A stretch of DNA of 64,000 nucleotides from Eledone cirrhosa (GCA_964016885.1 OZ024755.1:27404001-27468000), one strand, 5' to 3'; shown: positions 32,660 to 49,154, numbered from the stretch's first letter. Notes: generated from the letters alone by a model not told the origin. Translations and numbers: made by a program.

Positions 32660-33430
32660 GTTTGTATGTCTGTATGTATGTTTACATGTCTGTACGTGTG
32701 TATGTTTGCATGTATGTATGTGTGTTTGCATGTCTGTACGTATGTGTGTTTGCATGTATGTATGTATGTTTGCATGTCTGTACGTATGTATGTTTGCATG
32801 TATGTATGTGTGTTTGCATGTCTGTACGTATGTATGTTTGCATGTATGTATGTGTGTTTGCATGTCTGTACGTATGTATGTTTGCATGTATGTATGTGTG
32901 TTTGCATGTCTGTACGTATGTGTGTTTGCATGTATGTATGTATGTTTGCATGTCTGTACGTATGTATGTTTGCATGTATGTATGTGTGTTTGCATGTCTG
33001 TACGTATGTATGTTTGCATGTCTGTACATATGTATGTTTGCATGTATGTATGTATGTTTGCATGTCTGTACGTATGTATGTTTGCATGTAGATATGTATG
33101 TTTGCATGTCTGTACGTATGTATGTTTGCATGTATGTATGTGTGTTTGCATGTATGTATGTGTGTTTGCATGTCTGTACGTATGTATGTTTGCATGTATG
33201 TATGTATGTGTGTTTGCATGTATGTATGTGTGTTTGCATGTCTGTACGTATGTATGTTTGCATGTATATATGTATGTGTGTTTGCATGTCTGTACGTATG
33301 TATGTTTGCATGTATATATGTATGTGTGTTTGCATGTCTGTACGTATGTATGTTTGCATGTATATATGTATGTGTGTTTGCATGTCTGTACGTATGTATG
33401 TTTGCATGTATGTATGTATATTTGCATGTA
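32660..33430. repeat. minisatellite TTTGCATGT(C/A)TGTA(C)GTATG
   Basis: direct tandem repetition. Confidence 0.9.
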
Positions 33431-33745
33431 TGTATGAGTGTATTTATATACTTATTAAAGTCCACATCCACTGAAGCCATATCGCCACCCACACGTTATT
33501 ATATAAACAGACGAATATACATAAGTACATGTGCATACATAAACTGTTATACGCATACACTCTCAAATATACATACATATAAACCTCATGCACATTTCAG
33601 ACACGCGCGTGCATGCAGGTATTTTCATATAAACACAAACACCACCAAATAATTATGTGTACATATGTATACACATATGTAAGTACGTTTTTATGTGTAC
33701 ACACGTATACATTGCAAATACGTTTTTTATTAAACAATATATATA

Positions 33746-34041
33746 CAGTTGTCCCCCGGTATTCGCGGGGGTTACGTTTCTAAAGTACCTGCTAAGAGAG
33801 AGAAACCGCGAATATTGGATGTGGTCCATAGAAATGCCTACAAACGTCAAAACATAACGTAAAATATAGGCCGGCAAATACGGTATATTGTTATTAATAA
33901 TTTAGCGTTAAACAGCGTGAAAAAATATATATTGCCACAAAAAAAAGCCATAAAAAATCGCGATAGATATTTACGATTCCGCGAATATGCGCTGGTTTCC
34001 ACGAACAATTATTAGTTAGGTTCTAAGGAAAAACCCGCGAA

Positions 34042-34044
<3 letters not shown>
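33746..34044. mobile_element. Tigger/pogo-like MITE, right end truncated
   Basis: TA-CAGTTGTCCCCCGGTATTCGCGGGGGTTACG start and repeated CCGCGAATA motifs. Confidence 0.6.
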
Positions 34045-34075
<31 letters not shown>

Positions 34076-34078
<3 letters not shown>

Positions 34079-34281
34079 CGAAGGAAATGTGGTAAGGAAC
34101 CAGGTGGACCATAACGCACCAAAGTACTCAATACTTAGGGTAGCAGAGTGGGTAATAGGAACAAGTAAGACCCCGACGGCTGAGCTCAAGCCGTTTCGAC
34201 GGCTAATTAGCTCAAGCCGTTTCGACGTCCAGAATTAGCCGTCGAAACGGCTTGAGCTCAGCCGTCGGGGTCTTACTTGTT

Positions 34282-34286
<5 letters not shown>
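34076..34286 (-). mobile_element. family D cassette, foldback with internal re-duplication
   Basis: long minus arm, repeated AGCTCAAGCCGTTTCGACG at the junction, short plus arm; TA flanks. Confidence 0.75.
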
Positions 34287-34326
<40 letters not shown>

Positions 34327-34789
34327 CATTACAAATTGCTCACAATTCTTTCGGAATAACATTACAAATATAATTGTTTCTACTTTTGGCACAAAGCCAG
34401 CAAATACCCCAGTGTATTACTGGTACTTTATTTTATCAACCCCCGTAAGGATGAAAGACAAAGTTAACCTCGGCAGTACAAATATAATGTCGTTCATAAA
34501 CACAAATATAAACGCATATAACAAATTCAACACAAACACACACATACACACACACATATTAATTCATAGAAATATATATACGCACTTAAATTCCCATATA
34601 TATATACACACACGTATATACACACACACATATACCTATAATACATACCCTCATGTTTCCGCCCCCACCCACGTGCGTAAGCCTATTCACACTTGCTCGC
34701 AAATATGCGTAGAAACAGCATACATATGTACAGACACACACGTGCACGTGCACACTCGCACACACCTACACGCTCACGGTCACAAACAC

Positions 34790-35083
34790 ACCACCACCAC
34801 CACCACCACCATCATCAACATCATCACCACCACCACCACCACCACCACCACCAACACCACCACCACCACCACCACCACCACCACCACCATCATCATCACC
34901 ACCACCATCATCACCATCACCATCATCACCACCACCACCACCACCACCACCACCACCACCACCATCATCATCACCACCACCACCACCACCACCACCACCA
35001 CCAACACCACCAACACCACCACCACCACCACCATCACCACCACCACCACCACCACCATCATCACCACCACCACCACCACCACC

Positions 35084-35114
<31 letters not shown>

Positions 35115-35366
35115 CCATCACCATCATCATCATCATCATCACCACCACCACCACCACCACCATCATCATCATCATCCGTAACAGCAGCAGCAGCAGCATT
35201 ATTCTCACCGTCGTCGTCATCGATGATCGATCTAGTCGTTAAAAACAAAAAAAAAATAACCCAATCTCCGCCATCACTATCTCCATCCGTCCTCACTGGC
35301 AGCAGCATTAACAATGATCATCAACAACAACAACATCAAAATCCTCATCACCATCATCACCATCAC

Positions 35367-35401
<35 letters not shown>

Positions 35402-37760
35402 CCGATATTGTACTGTAGGAAAACAGTAACATCATTTAAGAGCTTCAATGCCACTATTAAAGACATCATCACCGTTATGATAAACAGTAATAGCACCATA
35501 CCACCACCAACACCACCACAATCACCACCAACACCAACACCACCACAATCAGCACCAACACCAATACCACCACCACCACAATCACCACCAACACCAACAC
35601 CACCAACACCAACACCAACACCACCACAATCACCACCAACACCACCACCACTACCAACACCAACACCACCAATACCACCACCACCAACACCAATACCACC
35701 ACCAACACCACCACAATCACCACCAACACCAACACCACCAACACCAACACCAACACCACCAACACCACCACAATCACCACCAACACCACCAACACCAATA
35801 CCACCAATACCACCACCACCAACACCAATACCACCACCAACACCACCACAATCACCACCAACACCAACACCACCAACACCAACACCAACACCACCAACAC
35901 CACCACAATCACCACCACAATCACCAACACCAATACCACCACCACCACCACCATCACCAATACCACCAACACCAACACCACCAACACCAACACCACCACA
36001 ATCACCACCAACACTACCAACACCACCAACACCACCACCAACACCAACACCATAACATCACCACAATCACCACCAACACTACCAACACCACCAACACCAA
36101 CACCACCACAATCATCACCAACACTACCAACACCACCAACACCAACACCAACACCAACACCACCACAATCACCACCAACACTACCAACACCACCAACACC
36201 ACCTACAACACCAACACCACCAACACCACCAACACCAACATCATCACCACTACCACCATCAAAATCAACACTAAGACCACCACCACCAACATCACCACCA
36301 CCAACATCACCACCACCATCAGCACCTCCACCACCAACACCAACACCACCACCAACAAGTCCAACACCAACATCACCAACACCATCAGCACCTCCACCAC
36401 CAACACCAACACCACCACCAACAAGTCCAACACCAACATCACCACCACCAACATCACCACCACCATCAGCACCTCCACCACCAACACCAACACCACCACC
36501 AACAAGTCCAACACCAACATCACCAACACCAACATCACCAACACCAACATCACCACCACCATCAGCACCTCCACCACCAACACCAACACCACCACCAACA
36601 CCTCCAACACCAACATCACCACCACAATCATCACCAACACCACTACCAACACCACCAACACCAACATCCTCACCACCAACATCATCACCACCACCACCAT
36701 CAATATCAACACTAAGACCACTACCGACACCTCCAACACCACCAACACCACCACAATCACCACCAACACCTCCAACACCAACATCACCACCACCAACATC
36801 ACCACCACCATCAGCACCTCCACCACCAACATCACCACCACCATCAGCACCTCCACCACCAACACCAACACCAACACCAACACCTCCAACACCAACATCA
36901 CCACCACCAACATCACCACCACCATCAGCACCTCCACCACCAACACCAACACCTCCACCACCAACACCAACACCAACACCAACACCACCAACACCACCAC
37001 AATCATCACCAACACCATTACCAACACCACCAACACTAACATCATCACCACCAACATCATCACCACTACCACCATCAATATCAACACTAAGACCACCACA
37101 AACATCACCAACACCAACATCACCACCACCATCAGCACCTCCACCACCAACACCAACACCACCACCAACACCTCCAACACCAACATCACCACCACCAACA
37201 TCACCACCACCACCATCAGCACCTCCACCACCAACACCAACACCACCACCAACACCAACAACACCAACATCACCACCACCAACATCACCACCACCATCAG
37301 CACCTCCACCACCACCACCAACATCGCCTACACCACCACCACCACCAACACCACCACCACCATCAGCACCTCTACCACCAACACCAACACCACCACCAAC
37401 ACCACCACCACCAACACCATCAGTACCTCTACCACCAACACCAACACCACCACCAACACCACCACCACCAACATCACCACCACCATCAGCACCTCTACCA
37501 CCAACACCAACACCACCACCAACACCACCACCAACACCACCACCACCATCAGTACCTCTACCACCAACACCAACACCACCACCAACACCACCACCACCAA
37601 CATCACCACCACCATCAGCACCTCTACCACCAACACCAACACCACCACCAACACCTCCAACACCAACATCACCACCACCAACATCACCACCACCACCATC
37701 AGCACCTCTACCACCAACACCAACACCACCACCAACACCACCACCACCAACACCACCATC
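34790..37760. repeat. CAC/CAT/CAA trinucleotide-derived low-complexity arrays
   Basis: poly-His/Pro/Thr/Val pseudo-ORFs in all frames. Confidence 0.9.
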
Positions 37761-37963
37761 ACTAGCACAATGCTATAACAATACACATGACCACCAACAA
37801 CAGATCAACACTATCAGTAACACTAATAAAAAAAAAAAACGTACCAATGACACCACCAATGACACCAACTAGTACTAACATTGCAACTGTGCATTTTAGA
37901 AATAGCAGCTAGATCTCCCTCAAATCACACCCGAGCTTCTTTAAAAGAAAAGAAGGAAGGACA

Positions 37964-38066
37964 CAATGTTGGCGTATATACAATGTTGGCGTATATACAA
38001 TGTCGGCGTATATACAATGTTGGCGTATATACAATGTTGGCGTATATACAATGTTGGCGTATATAC
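37964..38066. repeat. 6 x 17-bp tandem repeat CAATGTTGGCGTATATA
   Basis: direct repeats without spacers. Confidence 0.92.
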
Positions 38067-38136
38067 GAACAAAACAAAATGACGGGATAATTATATTTAG
38101 TATATATATATATCTTCGATCATTCCCGGTGGGAAT

Positions 38137-38207
<71 letters not shown>

Positions 38208-38446
38208 TAAATTCCCGACTGCGGTGCCAAGCGGTTTCGGCTTGTTGTTCAGGAAGCCTTTTCAAGTACACACACACATATATAGGAAAATGTTCAAGAC
38301 CCCGACGGCAGAGCTCAAGCCCACTCTACTACTTACCCACTCTACTACCCACTCTACTACCCAAAGTATTGAGGACTCTGGTGCGTTACGGTCCACCTGG
38401 TTCCTTACCACACTTCCTTCGTTATATATATATATCATCAGGAAAG

Positions 38447-38498
38447 GGCTTTCCTGATGATTTCCTTCGAATGAAACAGTTCTAATCCTGTAGAAGCC
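38447..38498 (+). ncRNA. hammerhead ribozyme (family B)
   Basis: TTC-CTGATGA-t-TTC cttc GAA-t-GAAA-CAG..CTG-TA-GAAGCC, preceded by a mini-inversion TCATCAGGAAAG. Confidence 0.82.
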
Positions 38499-38578
38499 AT
38501 TTCTACATTAAATATTGTATATACTACTCTACTATGTATTGAGTACCATACTTACTGTAGTTACCCCCGATTTAACCT

Positions 38579-38758
<180 letters not shown>

Positions 38759-39070
38759 TAGAAAAAGCGAAAGGAAACGCAAAATCAGAGTTATGCTGGC
38801 AAGCGCTCCCTATATATATATATAATTTTTAGTCAGAAGGGAGAGCCTATGACTCTTTTCAGGGTCCCTGAGATTGGGACTGGTGGGTGGAGGAAAGAAG
38901 GTGGTAGAAAGAGACGTCTCTTCAAACCAGAGACCTGGTCCCAGTGTTTGATTCCACTAAAGGTACCCAATGTCCAGGTGATAGTTACCAACCTGGCCAG
39001 TGATTAATTCTTCCATCATATAGGTAGGTAGGTAGGTCCGCTTGATCATAGGCAACCCTCTATCAGTTAA

Positions 39071-39298
39071 CCCTCTAGCATTTAAACCGGTCATATCCGG
39101 CCACAATTCTCTCACCTCTTTATGTTCAAACCAGCCGTAACCGGCCACTCATACTTCATACTTATGTTAAGGTATTGTTCTTAAAATGAATAATATCAAA
39201 CCCTCATAGATTCAATATTATGTGAGATAATTACGTGAGGTAAAGCCTTTACCGTGAAGATATAATAAATATAGAGTAATGTAAATGGTAAAGGGGGG
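39071..39298. mobile_element. piggyBac MITE, uninterrupted copy
   Basis: TTAA-CCCTCTAGCATTTA ... TAAATGGTAAAGGGGGG-TTAA. Confidence 0.8.
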
Positions 39299-39469
39299 TT
39301 AAACAACAACAAAGAAGACGACAGCAACAGCTACAATAATAATTATAAGGTTAGAACCGACATTACAACAAACCACCGCATACCACTGCTACAGAAACCA
39401 ACAACAATAACAACAACAGCAATAACAACAGCAGCATCATCAGAGACAATAACGTCACAACCGTCATTA

Positions 39470-40970
39470 TCACAACATACCACAACATACCACTACATTA
39501 CCACTATATTACCACTACATTACCACAACATACCACAACATACCACAACATACCACAACATTACTACAACACACCACAACATACCACAACATACCACTAC
39601 ATTACTACAACATACCACAACATACCACTACATTACCACTACATACCACAACATACCACAACATACCACTACATTACTACAACATACCACAACATACCAC
39701 TACATTACTACAACATACCACAACATACCACTACATTACCACAACATACCACAACATACCACAACATACCACTACATTACCACAACATACCACAACATAC
39801 CACAACATACCACTACATTACTACAACATACCACAACATACCACAACATACCACTACATTACCACAACATACCACAACATACCACAACATACCACTACAT
39901 TACCACAACATGCCACAACATACCACAACATTACCACTACATTACTACAACATACCACAACATACCACTACATTACTACAACATACCACAACATACCACA
40001 ACATTACCACTACATTACTACAACATACCACAACATACCACAACATTACTACAACATACCACAACATTACTACAACATACCACAACATACCACTACATTA
40101 CTACAACAATAACTACGACGACAATAACAACAGCAGCAACAACAATGACCACCACCACTACCACCACAACAACAATAACAACAACAGTAACAACAACAAC
40201 CACCACCACTACCACCACCACCACCATCACAACAACAACAACAACGATGACCACCACCACCACACCACCACCACCACCACCACCATCACCACCACCACAA
40301 CAACAATAACAACCACAACTGCTACCACTACCACTACCACCACCGCCCCCACCACTACCACCACCACCCCCATAACCACAACAACCACTACCACCACCAC
40401 CACAACAATAACAACCGCAACCGCTACCACTACCACTATCACCACAACAACAACGATGACGACCACCACCACCACTACCACCACCACAACAACAACCACA
40501 ACCACAACCGCTACCACTACCACCACCACCACAACAACAACGATGACCACCACAACCACAACAACAACAACCACTACCACCACCACAACAACAACAACGA
40601 TGACCACCACCACCACCACCACCACCACAACAACGATGACCACAACCACAACCACAACAACAACAACAACCACAACAACAACGATGACCACCACCACCAC
40701 AACAACAACAACAACAACAACAACCACAACCACAACCACAACAACAACAACGATGACCACCACCACCACAACCACAACAACAACAACAACCACAACCGCA
40801 ACAACAACAACCACAACCACCACAACCACAACCGCTACCACTACTACCACAACCACAACAACCACAACCACAACCACAACCACAACAACAACCACAACAA
40901 CAACAACGATGACCACCACCACCACCACCACAACCACTACCACCACAACCACAACAACAACCACAACAAC
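39470..40970. repeat. ACCACAACAT decamer array grading into CAA/CAC repeats
   Basis: direct tandem repetition. Confidence 0.9.
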
Positions 40971-41227
40971 AATGGATTTGACTAACCTGGATGCTGAATG
41001 AAACCTACAGTGATGAAGGAGCTGCTACTTTCATCGTCTTCATCATTTCCACACATTTTCTACAGCTCAGCATCTTCCTCTCCTCCCCCTCATCCTTCTC
41101 ATCCTTCTCATCCTTCTCATCATTCAACAACCTCTCTCCTCTCCGTCGCTCTTCAATTTATCCCTTTACATTCTCTCTAATATAACGTCCTTCACCCTCA
41201 CCGTCGCCATCATCACCGTCATAACCC

Positions 41228-41268
<41 letters not shown>

Positions 41269-41277
41269 CTCTCTATC

Positions 41278-41338
<61 letters not shown>

Positions 41339-41493
41339 ATCCCTCTCTCTCCCTCTCTCTCTGTCTCTGTCTCTCTCTCATATATATATATATATCCTGC
41401 CCACTTCCTCACTATCAGTCTCACTCGCTCCCTTTCTCTCTCCCCTTCTCGCCCCCCCCCCCCTCTCTCATTATACACACAAATATATACATA

Positions 41494-41544
<51 letters not shown>

Positions 41545-41678
41545 ACTACATACATACATATATCGTATAAACATACATATACATACCTAAAGTATACAAT
41601 ATATATATATAAATATATATATAGATATATATATGTATGTGTGTATGTATATATAGGTATGTATATATATATATATAC

Positions 41679-41760
<82 letters not shown>

Positions 41761-41839
41761 CCGGGAGCTTCCAACAGAAACGGTCGCATTCTTTAAGGGT
41801 ATGTCAATATTTATTTATAAAACTGCTCTATATTATATT

Positions 41840-41895
41840 TTATCTGATGAAAGCACACCATAATTTAACTTGGTGTCCTTGAAATGTGTATAATG
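41840..41895 (+). ncRNA. hammerhead motif (family C)
   Basis: CTGATGA-aagc ACACCA taatttaact TGGTGT cctt-GAAA-TGTG-TA. Confidence 0.6.
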
Positions 41896-42122
41896 AAATA
41901 AATATGGTTTTATAAATATAGTTTCCATTTGTTAATATATCGTATATATATATGTATATATGTATATATATATATATGTGTTCATATATTTTGCGACTGT
42001 GTGTACCTACGTATGCATAACACACCCATATACGCACATGTATATATATATATACACATATATATACACTATTTCTGTTTACCTTTTACATACATATATA
42101 TAAATATATATATATATGTATG

Positions 42123-42207
<85 letters not shown>

Positions 42208-42210
42208 TAC

Positions 42211-42242
<32 letters not shown>

Positions 42243-42277
42243 GTATGTAAAAGGTAAACAGAAATAGTGTATATATA

Positions 42278-42334
<57 letters not shown>

Positions 42335-42649
42335 CATTGTACGTATAAAAATACACATACGAACGTGTGCACACACTCACACATACACTTCACACTACAT
42401 ATTTGGACACCCATCCACATGTAGTCACACACAAATCTCTATTACCTCTCCTATACACAAATCTCTTATCTACACGTCTTTCTCACGCACATACACAAAT
42501 ATCCCTCTCATACACACACACATACTGACTCTCTCTCTCTCATACACACACACACAATACCACATATAAATCTTCTGCCAACTACTATTTCTCTCACATA
42601 TATCTCTTCTATATATCTTTATTTCTTCATCTCTCTCTCACTCGCACAC

Positions 42650-43780
42650 ACACACACACACACACCTCACACATCACACACATCACACACCTCTCACAAC
42701 ACACACACACACCTCACAACACACAAACACACAAACACACACACCTCACACAATACACACACCTCTCTCACACAACACACACACACATACCTCTCTCACA
42801 CATCACACACACACACACTTCACACAACACACACACACACCTCTCTCACACAACACACACACCTCTCTCACACAACACACACACACACACCTCTCTCACA
42901 CATCACACACACACACCTCACACAAACGCACACCTCTCTCACACATCACACACACACACACTTCACACAACACACACACACACACACCTCTCTCACACAA
43001 CACACACACACACATCTCTCTCACACATCACACACACACACCTCACACAAACGCACACCTCTCTCACACATCACACACACACACCTCTCTCACACAACAC
43101 ACACACACACACACCTCTCTCTCACATCACACACACACACACACCTCACACAACACACACACACACACCTCTCTCACACATCACACACACACACACCTCA
43201 CACAACACACAAACACACACCTCTCTCACACAGCACACACCTCACACAACACACACCTCACACAACACACAAACACACACCTCTCTCACACATCACACAC
43301 ACACACACCTCACACAACACACAAACACACACCTCTCTCACACACACACCTCACACAACACACAAACACACACCTCTCTCACACACACACCTCACACAAC
43401 ACACAAACACACACCTCTCTCACACACACACCTCTCTCACACACACACCTCACACAACACACAAACACACACCTCTCTCACACATCACACACACACACAC
43501 TTCACACAACACACAAACACACACCTCTCTCACACACACCTCACACAACACACAAACACACACCTCACACAACACACAAACACACCTCACACAACACACA
43601 AACACACACCTCACACAAACACACCTCACACAACACACAAACACACCTCACACAACACACAAACACACCTCACACAACACACAAACACACCTCACACAAC
43701 ACACACCTCACACAACACACACATCACTCACACACAACACACAAACACAACTCACATACACACATCACACTCATACCTCT

Positions 43781-43820
<40 letters not shown>

Positions 43821-44280
43821 CATACACACATTCACACATCACACACACACACATTTCACACACACTCTCACACAACTCATACATCACACACACACACACA
43901 TACACACACACACACTCACTCATCTCACACATCCCCCCCACACACACACTCGCACACATCTCACACATCCCACACACACACTCACACACATACACAACTC
44001 TCACACATGTCACACATCCCACACACAACTCTCACACATGTCACACATGTCACACACATATCTCACACAACTCTCACATATCTCACACAAATCTCACACA
44101 TCCCACACACACTCACACACATACACACACATACACAACTTTCACACAACTCTCACATATCTCACACATCCCACACACACTCACACACATACACTCACAT
44201 ACACACACTCACACACATACACACACAACTCTCACATATCTCACACAAATCTCACACAAATCTCACACATGTCACACAAC
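42650..44280. repeat. degenerate CA-rich satellite
   Basis: CACAC/CTCACACAA units. Confidence 0.9.
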
Positions 44281-44284
44281 CAAC

Positions 44285-45730
44285 AATTTGAAGGGAGAGG
44301 AAAGTCGATTAAATCGACCCCATTTGAACTCAGAGCGTAAAGGGCCGTAACTACATGCCGGAAAGCATATTGCCCGACGCTCTACCGACACTGCCAATCC
44401 ACTGCCATCCCCACCAGAAATAATTGTTTCTACTTTAGGCACAAGGCCAGAATTTTGAAGCGGGGTGAGGAAGGTCGATTAAATTCACCCTGGATATTAC
44501 TGGTACTTTATTTTATCAACCCCGTAAGAATGAAAGGCAAAGCTAACATGGGCGGGATTTGAACTCAGAATGTAAAGGGCCGTAACTCTATACTGCGAAG
44601 CATGGTGTCCGACACTCTACCGATAGACATCCATGGTGAAATTTGAACTCAATGCAGAAAGGGACATAAAATAAATACTGCAAAGTATTTTGTCGGGTGC
44701 CCTACTGATATAACCCAACCACTGCCTTAACTATAACAATAATTGTTTCTACTTTAGGCACAAGGCCAGTAATTATCCAGTACATTACTGGTACTTTATT
44801 TTATCGACCCCGTAAGGATGAAAGGCAAAGTTAACCTCGGCGGGATTTGAACTCAGACTGTAAAGGGACGTAACTATGTTAGAAAGCATGGCGTCCAACC
44901 CTCTACCGATACTGCCAATTCACCGCCCAAAGCCTTAACTATAACATTAATTGTTTCTACTTTTGGCACAAGGCCAGCAATTACCCAGTGCATTACTGGT
45001 ACTTTATTTTATCGACCCCGTAAGGATGAAAGGCAAAGTCAACCTCGGCGGGATTTGAACTCAGACCATAAAGGAACATAACTATAACATTAATACTAAT
45101 ACGTCAGCATTGTATTCTTCCTCGTTTTCCTTTTTTAGACGCTAGGATGTGTCTTGAAGGAATTTTAGCTGCTATTTCTAAAAGGCATAGTTGTGATGTT
45201 AGTATTAGTAACACTAGCACATTAGTACAGTAGTACAATAATGGTGTTTCTACAACAGAATATCAATGTTAGGACTTTATGATTACAAAATATTAATATA
45301 TAGTGTATTAAACATTTATTCAGTTGTATAAAAAGAAATATAATAATTGGTTCTACTTTTGGCACAAGGCCAGCAATTACTCAGTGCATTACTGGTACTT
45401 TATTTTATCGACCCCGTAAGGACGAAAGGCAAAGTTAACTTCAGCGGAATTTGAACTCAGAAACTAAAGGGCCATAACTCTGTGCTGTAAAGCATAGTGT
45501 CTGACGCTCTATCGATATTGCCAATTCACCTACAGAACGAAAGCACAAACAAATCATATGTGCATGTCAAAACCGTGTATAATGACACAAAAATATAATT
45601 GTTTCTACTTTTAGGCACAAGGCCAGCAATTACCCAGTGCATTACTGGTACTTTATTTTATCGACCCCGTAAGGATGAAAGGCAAAGTCAACCTCAGCGG
45701 GATTTGAACTCAGATCGTAAAGGGACGTAA
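44285..45730 (-). mobile_element. cluster of 6-7 Nin/Deu-core SINE copies
   Basis: reverse-complement SINE cores; TSDs TAACTATAACATTAAT (44936/45079) and TAATGACACAAAAATATAAT (45580/45728). Confidence 0.85.
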
Positions 45731-46231
45731 TGACACAAAAATATAATATGAACAGAAATGATAAAGGAAAGAAAGAAGGAAAAAGAAGAAGAAAAAGAGA
45801 AGAAAACAAAGGTGGGGGCAATTCACTACGAAGTGAGATAATCGGCAACATCTGACACCTTCAAGCAAGCCAACACACACTTATGTGAACATACTTTTGC
45901 TCACAGCTTCGTACTGAGAAGCGCACACACACTCTTTTACTTATAGATACACACACATATATCATCTTAGCTTCGTAAGGACGTACAACACACTCACACA
46001 CACGCGCGCGCGCGCGCATACACGTATAGCTCTATATACAAAACGTTTTTTTTCCATTTCAGGTAGACGCGCTCCATCATCCACTTTTCTAAAAAAGTAT
46101 ATCATACACAAAACGCCAGCATCAACAATTTTCCATGAGATGGCAACATAAATGGACCTGTTATTTTTCTCTAAAAACATTTTTTTCCGATTTCCGCCCC
46201 ACCCGTCCTTTCAATCTTTCTAATTTCTCAT

Positions 46232-46270
46232 TCTTTCTGATGAAGGACTAGCGTCGGAAACGTTACGACC
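46232..46270 (+). ncRNA. minimal hammerhead (family A), slightly decayed
   Basis: CTGATGA-a-GGAC tagc GTCG-GAAA-CG-TT. Confidence 0.7.
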
Positions 46271-46360
46271 TGCTATTTCAAGCGTTAACCTAATATATTC
46301 CTTCCATATACTATACCGATAGTGTTGTTATTTCTGTTTACCTTTTACACACACACACAC

Positions 46361-46621
<261 letters not shown>

Positions 46622-47000
46622 TATATATATATATAAATATATTTACCAGCCTACCTTTTAACCCTTGTAAACTCAAGCTGACGATCAGAATTAGTAACAT
46701 AATACTTTTAGTCCATTGACCTACTTCCATCATCTACTTCTAACTAGCCGTATCCCTCACCTATAGCCTGTTTCTTCCCAACGTCTGTACACCCTATGCT
46801 CACTTATAGCTGGACTGCCAACTTCAAGTTCCATACTATGGAGAACATATCAAAAACAAAAACAAAATAACATTACACCTATATATCTGTCTAATGACAA
46901 CACATCAAATAATTGTTATGCAATGACTTTGATGTCTTTGAAATACGCATAAGAGGATGATGTAATAAACTGAAGATAAATATGTGATTCTTTCTCTCTT

Positions 47001-47081
<81 letters not shown>

Positions 47082-47630
47082 CACACACAAACACACACAT
47101 ATGTATATCATCATCATCATCATCGTTTAACGTCCATCTTCCACGCTAGCATGGGTTAGACAATTTTGTTCCATTCGATGCGGGATTGGTCGGGAGACCG
47201 TGTCTCGCGCGTACGGAAGTGTTTCTGGCAGGTCTTCTACGGCTGGATGTCCTTCTTAACACCAACCACATTTACAGTGTGGACTGGGAGCCTTTTTACG
47301 GTGTCTTCTACACGACCACTTTACAGTGTGAACTGGGTGCTTTTTGTTGTGTCATCGACACTGTGAACGGAAATGGAAGGATGGGGTAGGGTGTGTGGGG
47401 TGGGGTTTGTATTGGGTTAAGAGGTGCCAACTGACTGTAGGTTTGTATGCAAGGGAAGGCGGGTCTTCTGTACAACTGCATGGCGCCAAACATCTCGATC
47501 CAGTGACATTGTCTTAGAGAGGTGTGAGTAAGGTCAGTTTTTATGTTTTCATACACACACACACACATATATATATATTATAATAAAATAACAGGAAGCT
47601 GGACTTGTGTAAATCCTTGAAAGGTTTATT

Positions 47631-47688
47631 ATACTATGATCATTTCAATGACCGGGTTCTGTATGAATCCGGTGATATCATCAGGTAT
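47631..47688 (-). ncRNA. hammerhead ribozyme
   Basis: ATAC-CTGATGA-tat c ACCGG attc..gaac CCGGT c att-GAAA-TGATCA-TA-GTAT; palindromic stem III. Confidence 0.82.
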
Positions 47689-47899
47689 TAGAAATGTAAC
47701 AAAGGAATATAACAGATAAAATCCATGGGGCTGAAAATCATAGACAAGAGGACGACCGACCAACTAGCATCTACTACTTTAGTCGGTCTCCCTCAATTCT
47801 ATCCAGTGGTGAACCAACAAACCTAAATATATATATATATATATGCATACATATGTGTGTGAGTGTATATACATATACTTATGGAATGCTTAATGTGTC

Positions 47900-48290
47900 G
47901 CAGTAGCATCTCAGTTTCAGTGCTTGTTTCTTTCTGCAGTTCAGGTTTCGCACATGCGTATAGAAGGATTGAGAATATTATCCATTAATGCAGGAGTTTT
48001 TATTTGTTCTTCGTGGTGACCTTTCTACCTTTCCATATTGGCTTGAGTTTAGTTAGTGCAATCAATGTCTGCAGCACGTTTCTCGTAAATATTTATCATT
48101 TAAACTGCAGCACTATATTTAGTTTATGACATGTTATGGCTCAGTTGATCTTTTATTAAACCTTGCCATTTACGTGGTTGTTCTCCTCCCCATTAAAATA
48201 GAGTACATATGATGGCTGCAAACTCTGCTAAGAGTATTGCAGTCGCTTGTCAGATTATAGAGTTTGGTGAACTTTTAGGCTATGGCCAGC
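47900..48290 (-). pseudogene. highly degraded RTE-like RT fragment
   Basis: minus SILLYAC followed by a frameshifted ET*T, resembling LLYGCETWT. Confidence 0.45.
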
Positions 48291-48744
48291 CACACGAACC
48301 TGTAACACATCCTGAACAAGCAATGCCTGTGCTTTGAAGGGGTTTTTTTAAAGTAGAGAAAGACCTTGCACTCGACCAATCCCACTCTTTGAGAATCGAA
48401 AACACTACCCGAAAAGGAGAACTGGTCCACATCGTCGGATGCTTCCGAAGCCGCAGTTTTATTTTCAGTTTCCCTCTCCTAGAAAGGTATTGTGACACCA
48501 ACTGGAGGCCTTTCACTCCCAGGTAAAAAAAAAAAAAGAGTACTATTTGGATGGCCGTTGACTCTGCTGAGTTCCTCCGTCCTTTGCCGGGTCTTGTATT
48601 TCATCCCGCAGGATGTACCAACATCACCCTCCTCAGTCGCCGACGACCCGACCTTGAGACAGGTTGTAGTGGGTTACATGTTACCAGTAGCACTCGAGGG
48701 CGATCTGACATAGAGTACATATAGCTAGATAGATACATACACAT

Positions 48745-48823
<79 letters not shown>

Positions 48824-49122
48824 GTTAAATAAGAGAAATCTCTATATAATTATAAAAAAAAACGATAGCGACCCTCAAAGTGAGATGCTACCGCAACATA
48901 GGTATTACATAATTAGACCATGTCACAAACGAGCAGACACACACAACCCTCCATAATCACACTGGCCCCCATAAAGATCTTCTCAGAAAGGTGAAGAAAA
49001 GGAACATGAGATGTATTACTGAGACAATTCTACAAGAAACGGGGCGGAGAGCTGATGACTGGTATATAGCATATCATAACGGTGCCCCTGCCACTCCTTT
49101 AGGGTTTGAGGGGCCAAGCAAG

Positions 49123-49154
<32 letters not shown>

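Noticed and set aside
37964-38066. CRISPR-like short repeat array (also 62977-63105 and 51729-52100)
   Set aside because: No unique spacers, no cas genes, eukaryotic context; these are plain tandem or subterminal repeats
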